Part shown: positions 16,325-41,336 of the stretch, piece by piece | Position numbering within the stretch: position 1 is the first letter of the stretch | How the letters are laid out: each line of letters begins with the position of its first letter | Source of the DNA: the human T2T-CHM13v2.0 reference genome, Homo sapiens | Assembly (NCBI RefSeq): GCF_009914755.1 | Contig: NC_060930.1 | Length of the DNA: 64,000 bases | Direction: 5' to 3' (one strand) | Translations under genes and position numbers: made by a program | The notes under the pieces: generated by a model | What the model saw: only the letters and a program-made list of their open reading frames with translations | What the model was told of the DNA's origin: nothing | The model's database searches: none

Positions 16325-17637
16325 TCAAGCTATCCACCTGCCTCAGCCTCTCAAAGTGCTGGGATTACAGGCATGAGCCACTGTGCCTGACCACTTTGTG
16401 TTTTTTATTCACTAGCTAGATTGTCAGAGAAATAATTAATACCAAAATAGAATATCAATGGCACTTAAATTTTTGGCCTTCAAGCAAAAATTTCAGTAAT
16501 TCTCCAATTTCAGCTTCAATTATGTCAACTGCAAAATTAACTAAATCCTCAAGTTTTATTCCTGGCCCTACTACTTACAAGCTCTTTGGACCTTGAATAA
16601 GTCCCTCAACCTCTCTGAATCTAGCCTCTATAAAATGCAAGGAGTCATATTAAGTTGTCTTAGAAATTCCCTTTAGCACTAACATTCTATTACAAGTTCC
16701 TTTTTACAAATAGGGAAATAGAAATTCTAATTTTAAGTAACTTTGAAGAAGTCACGTGATAAAAGGAAAGCCTAATTTTAAAAGAGTCAATTATTAGCTA
16801 CAAGTCAGTGACAAGTTAAAAAAAAAAAAGATAAAAGAGTCAATTAATCATATCCAGTCTGGATTCATACACCAAGAAGAAGCCCATTGTAGAAAAACCG
16901 TCTTAAACTTCCGAGGCACACCTGCTCTCAAGGATCATCCTCGAGTGATCAGTTGCCAAAGCTCATCTCATTCTATAAGGCATGGGGAATGGAAGTGCTA
17001 AACCTTCTAGTTTGCTCTTGGGAATGTTTTCCATCTATCAAAGGCTCACAAACCTCCTGGAGACAGGAGTAGGAAGGAAGAAGAGGCCCTGGAGTCAACA
17101 GAGTCTCCACAGAGACTTGGGACAGGAGATGACTTGGCCAAAGGATTGTTGCTACAATAGGCTTTGTGTTTTGTTATCCTTTGTAACTACCCCAACACTT
17201 TCTGGTAAGTGAGAAAACATATTAGGCTCATTTTGAATCCCTGCCCTTTTTATGTGATCTTAATTATGGGGAAGCGGTACAAAGATTGACCTCTGATCCT
17301 CTGGCTCATCAGCATATGGTAATCATCTTAGCTTTCTTTGTGCAGTTTGACCCCACAATAAGGAAATATTCTGGTTTGAAGTGTCCACTTCTCTAAAACA
17401 GAAAAGGACAAAAGAAGAAAGGACAAAATCTATAGGTTAGGTTTTCTACAGTAAAATAGGCTTTATAAAGAAATGTATTTTTTTTTTCTGAGATGGAGTC
17501 TCGCTCTGTCGCCCAGGCTGGAGTGCGGTGGCACAATCTTTGCTCACTGCAACCTCCACCTCCTGGTCCAAGCGATTCTCCTGCCTCAGCCTCCCGAGTA
17601 GCTGGGATTACAGGTGTCTGCCACCACGCCCGGCTAA

Positions 17638-17814
<177 letters not shown>

Positions 17815-18050
17815 TGATAATGACAAATATATACATAGAGCTTACACTGTGTCAGGCTCTGTTCCAAATACCTTACATACATTGACTCACTTAACGTTCA
17901 CAACAACCATATGAGGTAATTATGCTGTTTTGCCCATTTTGCAGATGAGAAAACTGACGCACAGGGAGGTTAGTGTGATCAGTTTGTACATTTAGTAAAT
18001 CCTTAGTTAGATGAATCCAGGAAGTCTAGCTCCAGTGCCCATCCTCTTAA

Positions 18051-18446
<396 letters not shown>

Positions 18447-18835
18447 TCATAATTACTTGAAGCATTTGTTAAAAGTGCATATTTCTGGTCCATACACCAA
18501 CCCTCCCTCCCCATTCTGATTCTAGTAGGTCTGTGGTTTAACTGAAGGATCCATATTTAATATTTTATATTTTTTTGAGACAGGGTCTCACTTTGTCACC
18601 CAGGCTGGAGTGCAGTGGTGTGATCTTGATTCACTGCAGCCTCAACCTCCTGGGTTCAAGTGATCCTCCCACCTCAGCTCCCAAGTAGCTGAGACCACAG
18701 GTGTACACCAACACACTTGGCTAATTTTTGTATTTTTTATAGAGATGGAGTTTCACCATGTTCCCCGGGCTGGTTTTGAACTACTGAGCTTAAGCCTCAC
18801 TTTGGCCTCCCAAAGTGCTAGGATTGCAGGGCTGA

Positions 18836-19168
<333 letters not shown>

Positions 19169-20015
19169 TAAAGTGCTAGGATTACAGGCGTGAGCCACCA
19201 CGCCCGGCCTGGGATCTATATTTTTAACAAGCATTTCAGTGATTATATTACAGAGGGTCTAGCACCACATTGAGAAATACTGACTTAGCCAAAGAGGGTT
19301 CTTTCTTCTAAGGGAAAAAAATTTTTCTTTGTAATTTACTCACTCACTCAAGAAGTATTTATTAAGTACGCACTGTAAACTTACAATTGTATTAATTGTA
19401 AAGTTGGTATGTGTAGACTGAAAAGGACTTTTGGTACAAAACTGTTTGCAAAATACAAAATAAAGCAGATGGGCGGGGCGCAGTAGCTCACGCCTGTAAT
19501 CCCAGCACTTTGGGAGGCCAAGACGGGTGGATCACCTGAGGTCAGGAGTTCGAGACCAGCCTGGCTGATGAGACCCTGTTCCTACTAAAAATACAAAAAT
19601 TAGTCAGGCGTGGTGGTGTGTGTCTGTAGTCCCAGCTACCCGGGAGGCTGAGGCTCAAAAATCACTTGAACCCAGGAGGCAGAGGTTGCAGTGAGCTGAG
19701 ATCACGCCACTGTACTCCAGTCTGGGTGACAGAGTGAGACTCCATCTCAAAAATAAAAATAATAAATAAATAAATAAAGCAGACGGCCAGCTGAGCCTGG
19801 ATACCAGATTGTTCACATCAGTGAGTAGAGAAAGCTAATGAGACAAAGCATCAGAGGAGCATAACGAAGGACGCTGGATTTGGAAGAAGAACCTTCAGCA
19901 TGAAAATCTCTTAGTGCCAGCCCTTCCTCTGAGGCAATAATCAAGATGTGTACTGAGTTACAGCAGAAAGTTAGATTTTAGGGTCAGAGAGATCAGAATT
20001 AAAATGTAGACCTTA

Positions 20016-20293
<278 letters not shown>

Positions 20294-21466
20294 CTATCTA
20301 AAAAAAAAAAAAAGAAAAATTAGACTTTGTCACCTACTGCCTACGTGAAGCCTTGGACAAGACACATTTGTCAGTCTCCATTCCTCCATCTGTAAACTGA
20401 GGGTGGTAATAATCTACCCTCAGGCTTCTTGTAAGAACTGAAGAAAAACATGAACATCAAGGATTTGACAAACTTCCTGGTTTATGATAGTTACTTAACT
20501 GGTGGTCATTATTATTAGGTGTCCTATTGGGAAAATAATGAGGTAACCCCACCCCACAAGATGAACAAGAAGAGACTGGAAGGCCAGGCAAGGTGGCTCA
20601 CCCCTGTAATCCCAGAACTTTGGGAGGCTGAGGTGGGAGGATCACTTGTGGCCTCCCAAAGTGCTGGGATCCAGACCGGCCTGGGCAACACAGTGACAAC
20701 GCTTCTCTATGAAAAAAATATTTTTTGTTTGTTTGTTTGTTTTGAGACAGGGTTTTGCTCTGTTGCCCAGGCTGGAGTACAGTGGTATGAACACAGCTCA
20801 CTGCAACCTCGACCTCGTGGGTGCATGTGATCCTCCCACCTCAGCCTCCTGAGTAGCCAGGACTATAAGCGCATGCCACCGCCCTCGGCTAATTTTTAAA
20901 AAAAAATTTTTTTGTAGAGATGAGGTAGTGCCATGTTGCCCAAGATGGTCTCAAACTCGCTTGAGCAATCCTCCCACCTCAGCCTCCCAACATACTGGAT
21001 TACAGGTGTGACTCACTGTGCCCAGCCTGAAAATTTTCTATTTTTAGAGACTGGAGCAGACACTACTAGCTGCCTTCCCTCAATTCATTGTCCTTTTATT
21101 TATTTATTTTTTTCTTTCTGAGAGAGCAGGAATATTGCTAACCACAGAACTACATTTTCCAACCTCCTTCACAGCCCAAGGGTGGCCATATTCCACAGTG
21201 TTGGTCAATGGGACTTACATGAAAGTCTACTGGATGTTCTTTTTGTAATTTTTTTTTTTTTGAGACAGTCTCACTCTGTTGCCCAGGCTCGAGTGCAGTG
21301 GCGCCATCTTGTCTCACTGCAACCTTTGCCCCCTGGGGTTCAAGGGATTCTTGTGTTTTAGCCTCCCAAGTGGCTGGGATTGTAGGTGCACACCACCACG
21401 CTCAGCTAATTTTTGTATTTTTTAGTAGAGACAGGGTTTCACCATGTTGGCCAGGCTGGTCTCTAA

Positions 21467-21982
<516 letters not shown>

Positions 21983-23503
21983 TAAGATACAAGAAGAAGA
22001 AACACTGGTGACATGATGGAGACACTGCCGCTCAAGACTACCTACTCTAATTACCTATGTGAGAAGACTAAACCCATGTGGTGAAAAAAAAAGAAAAGAG
22101 AGACATAATCGTCAAAGACCGAGAAGCAAAAGTCAGCCTGGCAAAGAAAACAGCATTAGCAAAGGCCCAGTGGCAAAGAGAATATAAGGCAGGATGTAGA
22201 GTTTCAATAAATCATCTTGGTTGGAACAAAAGGGCCAGTTGGTGGGTGAAAAGGAAGAGTGTGAGGTTTGATAAGGTGTGGTGGGTTCTGATACAAGTCA
22301 AACTGTCATAACAAATGAAAACATTCATAACACCCTAAGTACAACAGTTTTGCTCTTATAACTTCCTTTCTTGAAATGTGTTGGTAATAAAACATTCTGT
22401 AAGACCAAGCTATTTATTCTTTTTTTATTTTTATTTTTGAGACAAGGTCTTGCTCTGCCACCCAGGCTGGAGTGCAGTGGTGCAAACACAGCTCACTGCA
22501 GCCTGGGCTCAAGTGATCCTCCTGCCTCAGCCTCTCGAATAGCTGAGGCCACGGACATGTGCCACCATGCTCAGCTAATTTTTAATTTTTTGTAGCGATG
22601 GGGTTTCGCCATATTGCCCAGGCTGGTCTCAAACTCCTGGGCTCAAACTCCCCTGGGCCTCCCAAAGGGCTGGGTTTATAGTCGTGAGCTTCCACACCCA
22701 GCCCTAGACCAAGCTATTTAAATAAGTAATATTTTGTAAATAGACTAAAGAGCAATGCCATCAAGATGATAGAGCAAATAAAATGGTATAGGCAATGTCA
22801 CGGATGAAAAGGAATTTAGAGATATCTCTTTTAATTCAACCTCTCTTTTACCAGATAAGAAGTTAAGACTCCTGGCAATGTAGGGTCCTGTCTAAAGTTT
22901 TGACAATGCCAGACAACACTGCTGCCTCATTTACTAACAGTTGATGGAATCTTTGTGTTCACAACTCTACCCGAATTACACGACTGTTATTCTTTGAAGA
23001 TCAATATGAAAAATATGAAACATATAAAAAATTAAAGAAAAGACAAAGACACTATACCCAGAAGATGTTGAAATTAAGGATGGGAAGTTTAGACTTGGAT
23101 TGGGGCAGTGGTTGAGAGAAATAGAGGAGAGATCAAGAGACATTCCAGTTGAGAAAGTATTACCTGTACTACATTTTCAGGGTGACTGCCTGAATAAGGA
23201 GGCCATAAGAGAAGAGAAAAATAAAGATTTCCAACTGTGACCCCAGCATCAGAAGTGAAGGTTAATTTAGAAGTGGTGGTTGTTCAAGGGGAAAGGTAAC
23301 AACACATTTCATCTAAAAGTAACTCTTGGCCAGGCACAGTGGTTCACACCTGTAATCCCAGCACTTTGGGCAGGCTGAGGCAAGAGGATCACTTGAGTCA
23401 AGGAGTTCGAGACTAGCCTGGGCAACATAGTGAGACCTCATCTCTTAAAAAAAAAAAAAAAAGAGTAATCCCAGCACTTTGGGAGGCCGAGGCGGGCGGA
23501 TCA

Positions 23504-23829
<326 letters not shown>

Positions 23830-23955
23830 TCATGAGGTCAAGAGATGGAGACCATCCTGGCCAACATGGTGAAACTATGTCTGTACTATACAGGTTTGAA
23901 GCTATACAGATTGAGTTATCCCTTATATGAAATGCTTGGGATCAGCAGGTTTTCA

Positions 23956-24075
<120 letters not shown>

Positions 24076-24132
24076 CTAGTAAAAATACAAAAATTAGCTG
24101 GGAGTGGTAGTGTGCACCTGTGGTCCCAGCTA

Positions 24133-24315
<183 letters not shown>

Positions 24316-24610
24316 TTAATGAACTGTGCACTTAAAGTTGGTTAAGATTGTAAACTTTATTTTAAAAAAGAACTAAAAAGTACCTGTAATTTTTTTTTTT
24401 TAAAGACAGGATCTCACTCTGTCACCTAGTCTGGAGTGTAGTGGCACCATCTTGGCTCACTGCAGCCTCCCACCTCCCAGGCTTAAGTGATCCTCCTGCC
24501 TCAGCCTCCTGAGTAGCTGGGACTACAAGCCTGCACCACCATGCCCAGCTAATTCTTATATACTTTTTTGTAGAGACAGGGTTTTACCATGTTGACCAGG
24601 CTGGTCTTAA

Positions 24611-24949
<339 letters not shown>

Positions 24950-25087
24950 TGAGTAGCTGGGACTACAGGTGCGCACCACCACACCCAGCTAATTTTTGTA
25001 TTTTTAGTACAGATGGGGTTTCACCATGTTGGCCAGCCTGGTCTCAAACTTCTGTCCTCAAGTGATCCACCTACCTCGCTCCCATAG

Positions 25088-25409
<322 letters not shown>

Positions 25410-25498
25410 TGACCCACCACTCCCGGCCTAAGCCCATAATTTTTAAAGTAATTGTTTTTATTAATTTAAACTTTTGCTCAATCTACTTTGAAGCTATA

Positions 25499-27031
<1,533 letters not shown>

Positions 27032-27521
27032 TATCAACTTTTCAAGTTTTAGGAACGCAGATTTACTCCTGCCATCTCAAGTAGTAGGAAGTCTCTCTAT
27101 ACACATATTTTATAAAGAGATGGGGGTCTTGCTATCTTGCCCAGGCTGGTCTCAAACTCCTGAGCTCAAGTGATCCTCCCGTCTCAGCCTTCTGAGTAGC
27201 TGGGAGGAAGTCTATTTTGAGGATACACATGACAAGAAAGATGAGAATATCATAGGAACTTAAGAACAGTCAAGTGGTTAGACTGCAGTTGGGAACTAAA
27301 ATGAACATGGAAGTGGACAACAAATTCTATGCACACCTACAGATGGAGTTAAGTGTCACTCTCAGTGGCAGGAGTCATGCAGTACTCCCCAAACCTGAGG
27401 GTGTGTATCACCATTTCTCTCTGTCTCTATGACTACCAGCCAACTACCTCATTTAGTCATAGCTTCTGCTTAGTCATAATGCCAGTTTACTCATATCATG
27501 TCTCTCTATAACCACTTATAA

Positions 27522-27755
<234 letters not shown>

Positions 27756-27777
27756 TAATTTTTTTTTTTTTCTTTGA

Positions 27778-27936
<159 letters not shown>

Positions 27937-28075
27937 TAGTAGAGACAGGGTTTCTCCATGTTGGTCAGGCTGGTCTTGAACTCTCGATCTCAGGTGATCT
28001 GCCCACCTTGGCCTCCCAAAGTGCTAGAATTACAGGCGTGAGCCACCTTGTCCAGCCGCCTGGCTAATTTTTTAA

Positions 28076-28861
<786 letters not shown>

Positions 28862-28862
28862 T

Positions 28863-29263
28863 CAGTTTTCAAAATTAAATGTGCATCAGAACCTGGCCAA
28901 CATGGCGAAACCCATCTCTACTAAAAATGCAAAAACTAGCTGGGCATGGTGATGTGTGCCTGTAGTTCCAGCTACTCAAGAGGCTGAGGTGGAAGGATCA
29001 CTTGAACACAGGAGGTCAAGGCTGCAGTAAGCTGTGATCACACCACTGCACACCAGCCTTGGTGTCAGAGCAAGACCCTGACTCAAAGTAATAATAATAA
29101 TATGCATCAGAATCATCTGGAGAGCTTAAATCACAAGTTGTAGGACCCCTTCCCAGCATTTCTGATTTAGTCATCTGGGGTATAGCCTGCGAATTTGCAT
29201 TTCTAACAAAATCCCAGGTAATGCTGACTACACTGATCTGGGGACCACACTTGAGAACCACTG
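28863..29263 (-). mobile_element. MER5A hAT MITE interrupted by a truncated Alu
   Basis: CAG..TGCATCAGAATCA..TTGAGAACCACTG ends. The Alu TSD is AT(G/A)TGCATCAGAA. Confidence 0.7.
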
Positions 29264-29648
29264 GTCTGGTTAATCATCCTTTTATCTGTTTGGACAGAGC
29301 AACTGGGGCAAGCTACCTCATGTTGCCAGTACCATATTTCTGAACTGACTCTCAGGCTCATAACTGGAGATTTTTTTCCTCCTCATTTAGGCAGTCACCC
29401 AAGTCTTATGATTTATAAGTGGAATGTCTCTGATCTTTCCCTTTATCTTCCTCAGTCACTGCCCTCATCCAGGGTCTCATCTCCCCGTACCTGGACCACA
29501 GAAAAGTTTCCTGAGTCAAGCTGCCCTAGACCCACAGCTGCCAAATTACCCTTCCACTGACAGTCCTCAAATGCTTATGGTTTCCCTCAAGGCCATCGAT
29601 CGGCCACCTTTGGTTATCACATTAAGTTAAATTTTGGAACACCTCTAA

Positions 29649-30211
<563 letters not shown>

Positions 30212-30530
30212 TAATTTTTTGTAGAGATCGGGACTATGCTACCCAGGCTGGTTTTGAACTCCTGGGCTCAAGTGATTCTTCCACTTTGGCCTCCCAAAGG
30301 GCTGTGATTACAGGCGTGGGCCACCAAGCCCAGCCTTATATTTCCTTTCTACCACGACCTCCTACCCCTTCCCTTAAAGAACCCACCTATCTGAACCTTA
30401 GGACCATGCTTTAGGAAAAGCTTCAACTTTTTTTTTTTTTTTAAATAAAGATGACTCTGGAACTGGAACTTTAAAAAAAAATTATATTTGGCCAGGTGCA
30501 GTGGCTCATGCCTATAATCCCAGCACTTTA

Positions 30531-31221
<691 letters not shown>

Positions 31222-31547
31222 TTACAGGTATGCACCACCCCGCCCAGCTAATTTTGTATTTTTAGTAGAGACAGGGTTTCACCATGTTGGTCAAGGCTGG
31301 TCTAGAACTCCTGACCTCAGGTGATCCGCTGCCACAACCTCCCAAAGTGCTGGGATTACAGACGTGAACCACCACGCCAGCCAAGTGCTTTCTTTTGAAT
31401 TCAAGGCCTTCAAAGACGGTAATTCCAGTCTTATTTCTAACACTACATTACTTTCTAGCAAACTGGAATACTTTACTTAGTGTGTTCTCAATATTTAATT
31501 GAATCTGATTGTTGGCAGGTGGTGTTGACGTCTACTGTCATCTAGCA

Positions 31548-32022
31548 CAGTGGTTCTCAAAGCGTGTTCCTTAGACCAGGGCATCAGAATCACCTGAGAC
31601 CTTGTTAGAAAGGCGTATGTTCGGCCGAGCGCAGTGGCTCACGCCTGTAATCCCAGCACTTTGGGAGGTTGACGCCGGCGGATTGCTTGGGCTCAGGAGA
31701 CAAGCCTGGGCAACATGTCTCTACTAAAAATACAAAAAAAATAGCCAGGCATGGTGATGCATGGCTACTCAGGAGGCTGAGGTGGGAGGATCACTTGAAC
31801 CCAGGGAATGGAGGTTGCAGTGAGTAGAGATCGCACCACTGCACTCCAGCCTGGGTGACAGAGTGAGACCCTGTCTCAAAAAAAAAAAAAAAAAAGGCAT
31901 ATTTTCTGTCCTCTCCTATATCAAACCTGCTGAATCAGAAACTCTGGGGGTGGGGCTTGAGCAGTCTGCATTTTAATTAGCCCTCCAGCTGATTCTGATA
32001 CAGCTGAAGTTTGAGAACCAGT
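31548..32022 (+). mobile_element. MER5A hAT MITE interrupted by an Alu
   Basis: CAGTGGTTCTCAAAG...GAATCAGAAACTCTGGGGGTGGGG...AAGTTTGAGAACCAGT. Confidence 0.75.
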
Positions 32023-32267
32023 CGATTAACATTTAGTTTTCAATCTAAAACAGAATAAGATACATTTTTAAAAGCTCGTATTGTCCTTAAATGGAATATA
32101 AACTACTACGTAAGTGTAAAATGTTGATTTTTAAGACAAAGTGAGGTGGCACACAGTTGTAATCCCAGTGCTTTGGGAGGCTGAGGCAGGAGGATTGCTG
32201 GATCTCAGGAGCTCAAGACCAGCTTGGGCAGCATAGTGAGACTCCATCTCTACAAAAAAATTTTTTA

Positions 32268-32417
<150 letters not shown>

Positions 32418-32793
32418 CTAAAAAAAAAAAAATTCAAAAACAAATAAAAAAAAGAAAATGTGTTCTAAAAGAACAGGTTAAACAATTTTTAATTCATTTG
32501 TCTCCTCCTAGTGGCAGGCTTTTAAATATAGAGCACAACACTTGATTTTTCAGAAATCATATTTCTGAAATTTTTCATGATTCTTTTTTTTTTTTTTTGA
32601 GACGGAATCTCACTTTGTCGCCAGGCTGGAGTGCAGTGGTACAATCTCAGCTCACTGCCACCTCCAACTCCCTGGTTGAAGCGATTCAAAGGCTTTTACT
32701 GATATGGCAGGGTAATTTATGGAGACACTAATACCCTACATTCTCCCCCTTTATCCCTTCCAAGCAGGCAGGTAGGCAGTTTGTATTTCTTTA

Positions 32794-32955
<162 letters not shown>

Positions 32956-32968
32956 TTAGCCAGGCCTA

Positions 32969-33103
<135 letters not shown>

Positions 33104-33939
33104 CTAAATAAATAAATAAATAAATAAATATTAAAAAAAAAAAACTGAAGAATTAGCCAGGCATGGTGATGCATGCCTGTAGTCCCAGCTACTAAGGAGC
33201 CTGAGACAGAAGGATTGCTTGAGCCCAGGAGTTCCAGTGAGCTGTGATCACCCCACTGCACTACAGCCTGGGCAACAGAGCAAGACCCTGTATCTAAAAC
33301 AAAAAATAAAAACTACAGGAGGAGATGGAGATTTCCTTAGGCTGGGAAAGGACTGGTGTGTCTCTTCTCTCCCAGCAGTGTCCTGAAGTAGTGCCAAGAC
33401 CTAAGAGGCTAGCCTCAGAAAGGCCTGCTCTAAACTTCAGGGTTTCCAAACAGCAGGGATTCCCATGCTTTACTGAAACATAGTGCCTGAAATTGAAGGG
33501 TCTGTGTGGCTTCAAGAACCATGGGAATCTCAGTAGTAACCAATATGGATTAAAGACTGGAGAGGCCTCTTCAAATACTATGCCTGATCTGGGAGTGTAA
33601 AGGAGAGGAAATTGAGATTAAATTTTCCTGCCAGCTTGATGTGACAGGGGCTCAGAGTCAAGCTTAATTTAAGGAAAATAAGGAAACACGGTTTTTCTTA
33701 AATATCAAAGTTTGTGGTTGCAGTTCACACCCCAGGAAATACAGTGAAAAACAAAGCAGAAAGAGATGAAGAACATAGCAATAGATGTGTTTACAGAACA
33801 AGGGTTATTGATCCTAATGTCATTAAAGTCTTACCATAGAATGATGTGGCTGACCCAGTTTAATCAGGTGTGCAGCTCCCTAGCTCTTTAACTCCTCTTC
33901 AACTCTATTAAGGCTGGATGCTCAATCTCATTCTGTTGA

Positions 33940-34188
<249 letters not shown>

Positions 34189-34191
34189 TAA

Positions 34192-34368
<177 letters not shown>

Positions 34369-34940
34369 TAGTAGAGACAGGGTTTCACCATGTTAGCCAG
34401 GATGGTCTTGATCTCCTGACCTCATGATCTGCCCGCCTCAGCCTCCCAAAGTGCTGGGATTACAGGCGTGAGCCACCGTGCCCAGCCTAATTTTTGTATT
34501 TTTAGTAGAGATGGGGTTTCACCATGTTGGCCAGGAAGGTCTCGATCTCTTGACCTTGTGATCCACCCGCCTCGGCCTCCCAAAGTGCTGGAATTACAAG
34601 TGTGAGCCATCGCTCCCGGCCAAGTTTCCTAATTTTCTAAGTGTCAGTTTCCCAAAGTGTAAAATGGAAGTTAGACTAATGAGGGCTGATATTTAGCTTG
34701 TATGCACTGATTAAAAACATACCAGTTGTTAAATTAGAGACATTTTTCCCGTATCAGCCAGTAACAAGCAACCACCGCAAGCCTTTAGCTCACTCCAGGC
34801 CTCCCCATGATCCAACTTTCCCAGGACCCTACCCCAGCATGGCTGAGTCGTTGTGCCCTGCTAGTTAATTGTTAAATAATCTTGATAATTCATTAAATGT
34901 CATTCTTGATAATAGTTATCTTTTGAGACTATCATGAGGC

Positions 34941-35459
34941 TGATAACCTATATGTCACACTTGGTAGTTTACTTTTAAAGTAAACTGGCTTCCAAATTAA
35001 CTTGCCTTGGGGAGGTCTTGTGACTCATGGCAACATCCTATCCCTGAGTAAAGAATCTGTGCGCTCTTCAAATTGTTGACATACTGATTAATGCATAACT
35101 TACTGACAATGGAAAGGACACTGACTTCTGATCATGAAGTTTTACTGATTGTCTTGCACACAGACATTTTATCCTGCATGTTGCAATCTGTAGCCAATGA
35201 CTGTAACTTCTGTACTGTCTGTACGCTCCAATAACTTTGGTATAAGGAGTACTCCTCCCTTCTCCTTCCCTCCCTCTCCTTCTCCTCCCTTCTCCTAAAA
35301 AAGGCCGTCCTTTTAAAAGCCTGTTCCAGTAACTTGTAACAGACTCCAGAACACTCCTAACTCTGGTTGGTGTGTCTTCCCAGTTCAATCCTCACATTTG
35401 GCTTCCAATAAATGTTTTTCAAATTATTTCTGCCTCAGCAGCCTTAGTTTCAGTAGACA
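34941..35459 (+). mobile_element. ERV1-class solo LTR (MER67/MER4-group-like)
   Basis: TG...CA termini, 4-bp TSD AGGC (34937-34940 and 35460-35463), AATAAA at 35407-35412. The family name is tentative. Confidence 0.7.
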
Positions 35460-35865
35460 AGGCTTAAAGTGGGTTCAGTTAAAGCAAACTAATAACACTT
35501 GACCCTTTCCAACTTTTCTTCCTCTCAGCCATGGGTCCTTAAGCCATCTTTTTTGGATCCAGAGCCAAATTATATTTCTATGCAGCCACCATGGTTCTAG
35601 CCCTTATCTAGCTTTCAAAGATTTTTCCTTGATCGCCCCAAGCAAATTTCCTCTGCTCTGTTCAGTTTAAAAGTGTTTCTATTCTTTTTTTAAACAAAAA
35701 ACAAAAGGAAAAAAACAGCTTTATCAAGATATAATTCATATACCATAAAAATCACCCTTTAAAAATATACAGTTGGTTTTTTTTTTTTTTTTTGGTACAT
35801 TAACAGAACTGTGCAACCATTGCCATTAATTTCAGAACATTTTCATCACCCAAAAAGAAACTCCT

Positions 35866-37564
<1,699 letters not shown>

Positions 37565-37791
37565 TAAATGGAACCATTCAGTATGTGGTCCTCTGTGTCT
37601 TGACTTCTTTCACTTGGCACAATGTTTTCTCTTTTTTGAGACAGGGTCTTACTCTGTCACCCAGGCTGGAGTACAGTAAGTGGCATGATTGCAGCTCATT
37701 GCAGCTTCGAGATCCTGGGCTCAAGCGAGCCTCCCACCTCAGCACCCCCAAGAACCTGAAACTAAACACATGCGCCACCATACCTGGGTAA

Positions 37792-37956
<165 letters not shown>

Positions 37957-38179
37957 TGAGAGTAGACTGTATTAAGAATGGAGTCCCACTGTTAGATTGT
38001 GGAAATTCCTCCCAGTCACCAAAAGGCTTGTCTCCTTTCAAAGCTGATGCTGACGGGTGCCTATGGATGCTTATGGATGCTTATTGTGCCTAATAAGCTC
38101 CTGTTTTGAGCTGAGAGATGTTTCAAACTTTAAGCTTATTTTCACAGGGTACAAGCTCTAGATCATGGAGTCATTACTA

Positions 38180-38557
<378 letters not shown>

Positions 38558-38749
38558 TTATTTCACAGATTTTATATACACGTGTTTTTGTAAACACACA
38601 GAATATCTTTGAAAGGATATAAAAGAAACTGGTACAAATGGTTGGGGGACAGGTGTAGAAGGCTCACTTTCTGGCTGGGCGCGGTGGCTCACACTTTGGG
38701 AGGCCAAGGCAGGTGGATCACTTGAGGTCAGGAGTTCAAGGCCAGCCTA

Positions 38750-38998
<249 letters not shown>

Positions 38999-39228
38999 TC
39001 ATTAAAAGTAAATAAAAATAATTACTTCATAAATACCAAACAATAACTTTTGCTAGAAGTATGAGGCTTGTTTATTTTAAAGGGACATCTTGAGTTATAA
39101 CACACTAACCTTTCAAAACACACATATTTTCATTCCTCAAGCCTTTGTTTCTGCTGTTCCCTCAGCTTGGATTATCCACTCCTCCTTACTCTCCCCACAT
39201 CTCCCTCAAAATCTGACAATTTATGTAA

Positions 39229-39536
<308 letters not shown>

Positions 39537-40200
39537 TGATCCGCCCGCCTCAGCATCCTAAAGTGCTGGGATTACAGGCTTGAGACACCGCACCCGGTGT
39601 TAAGTATAATTATTTTCATCCTCATATAATAAATAAGAAAACTGAGGTTGGAAAACTTCACAATTATTAAGCTTCAGAGCTAGAATTGAAATGTACTTCT
39701 AACAGGTCCAGTGTTCCTTCTACTTTTTTAAGCTATGAAATCCTATACATTTAATTAGGCAACTGGACAAAAATATACACAAAAGAGTGTTATTTACAAT
39801 ATCCACAAATTGTAAATAACCTATGTGTTAAAAAATAGAGGATCAAGTTATGGCACACTCATACAACCATTATGTAAAGACAGGCGCTGTGGCGTGCACC
39901 TGTAGTCCCAGTTACTCAGGAAGCAGAGGTAGGAGGCTCCCTTTGAGCCCAGGAGTTTGAGGGTACAGGGAGCTACGATGGCGCCACTGCACTCCAGGCT
40001 GGGCGACAGAGCCAGACCCTGTCACAAAAAAGAAAGGAAAGAAAGAGAGAAAGAAAGAAACAAACAATGAATAAAAGAAAGAGAGAAAGAGCATCATACT
40101 AAAAAATTTATATATTACTACTAATAATAGATTAAATGCACTTTAAATGCTTACTATGTGCTGAATACTGGGCTAAATTTATTTTATATGTATTGTCTCA

Positions 40201-40623
<423 letters not shown>

Positions 40624-41336
40624 CTATCGCAAGTACGAAGACCGTTTCTTTCACAATCACAAACATCTATGGGATACTTCTGAAAATTCTGTTCAAACTT
40701 CTCTTGCCCAGGTCTCTGTGTTCCTATAACAATGTGTATCTCTTACAGCACTTGCTTGGATCCATTTATGTACCTCTCACAGATCTTATGCTCCTGCAGG
40801 CCTGAAACTTAAGCCCACTTTCTATTTTTCATAGCTCCTGGTGCAGTGCTTTTTACTGTGTAGGCGCTCATTAGTATTAAACTGAATGTGCCTTTAACTT
40901 GGCTTGGGGTACGTTGAATTGAGGATGAGCGCTCACACAATATTAAGAATTTCTTTCCAAGAAATGTGCTCGGGTCAAACACAAGGCCTTTCTGTCCATG
41001 ATCCGCCTGAAACCATGGTTTCCTTGTTTTCGCCTTTATCCCTTCTGCCTTGCCAGTCCTCCCCGCCAGCGGGGCCGAGAGCCCGGCGACTCTTGCGTGA
41101 CCGAGCGGGCTCCGCTGCCTACGGCAGCCCACCCCCAGCCCCTGCTCTGAGGCACCGAGAAACGAGGAGGCCCGTGGCGAGTCTCCACGTGGGTACCGGC
41201 GCTCTCGGCGCCCGTAGCCACCCGCCCGCCGGAAGCCGACATCTCGAGTTCTGGCAGAAGCAATTTGCGCGGCGAGGAGCGGAGCGGCAGGAACCCAATA
41301 AGCTGCTTCGCCTCGGAGCTGAAGCCCGTACTCAAG

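Noticed and set aside
33310-33740. Possible ancient LTR-like element
   Set aside because: I could not define termini, TSD or family from the sequence.
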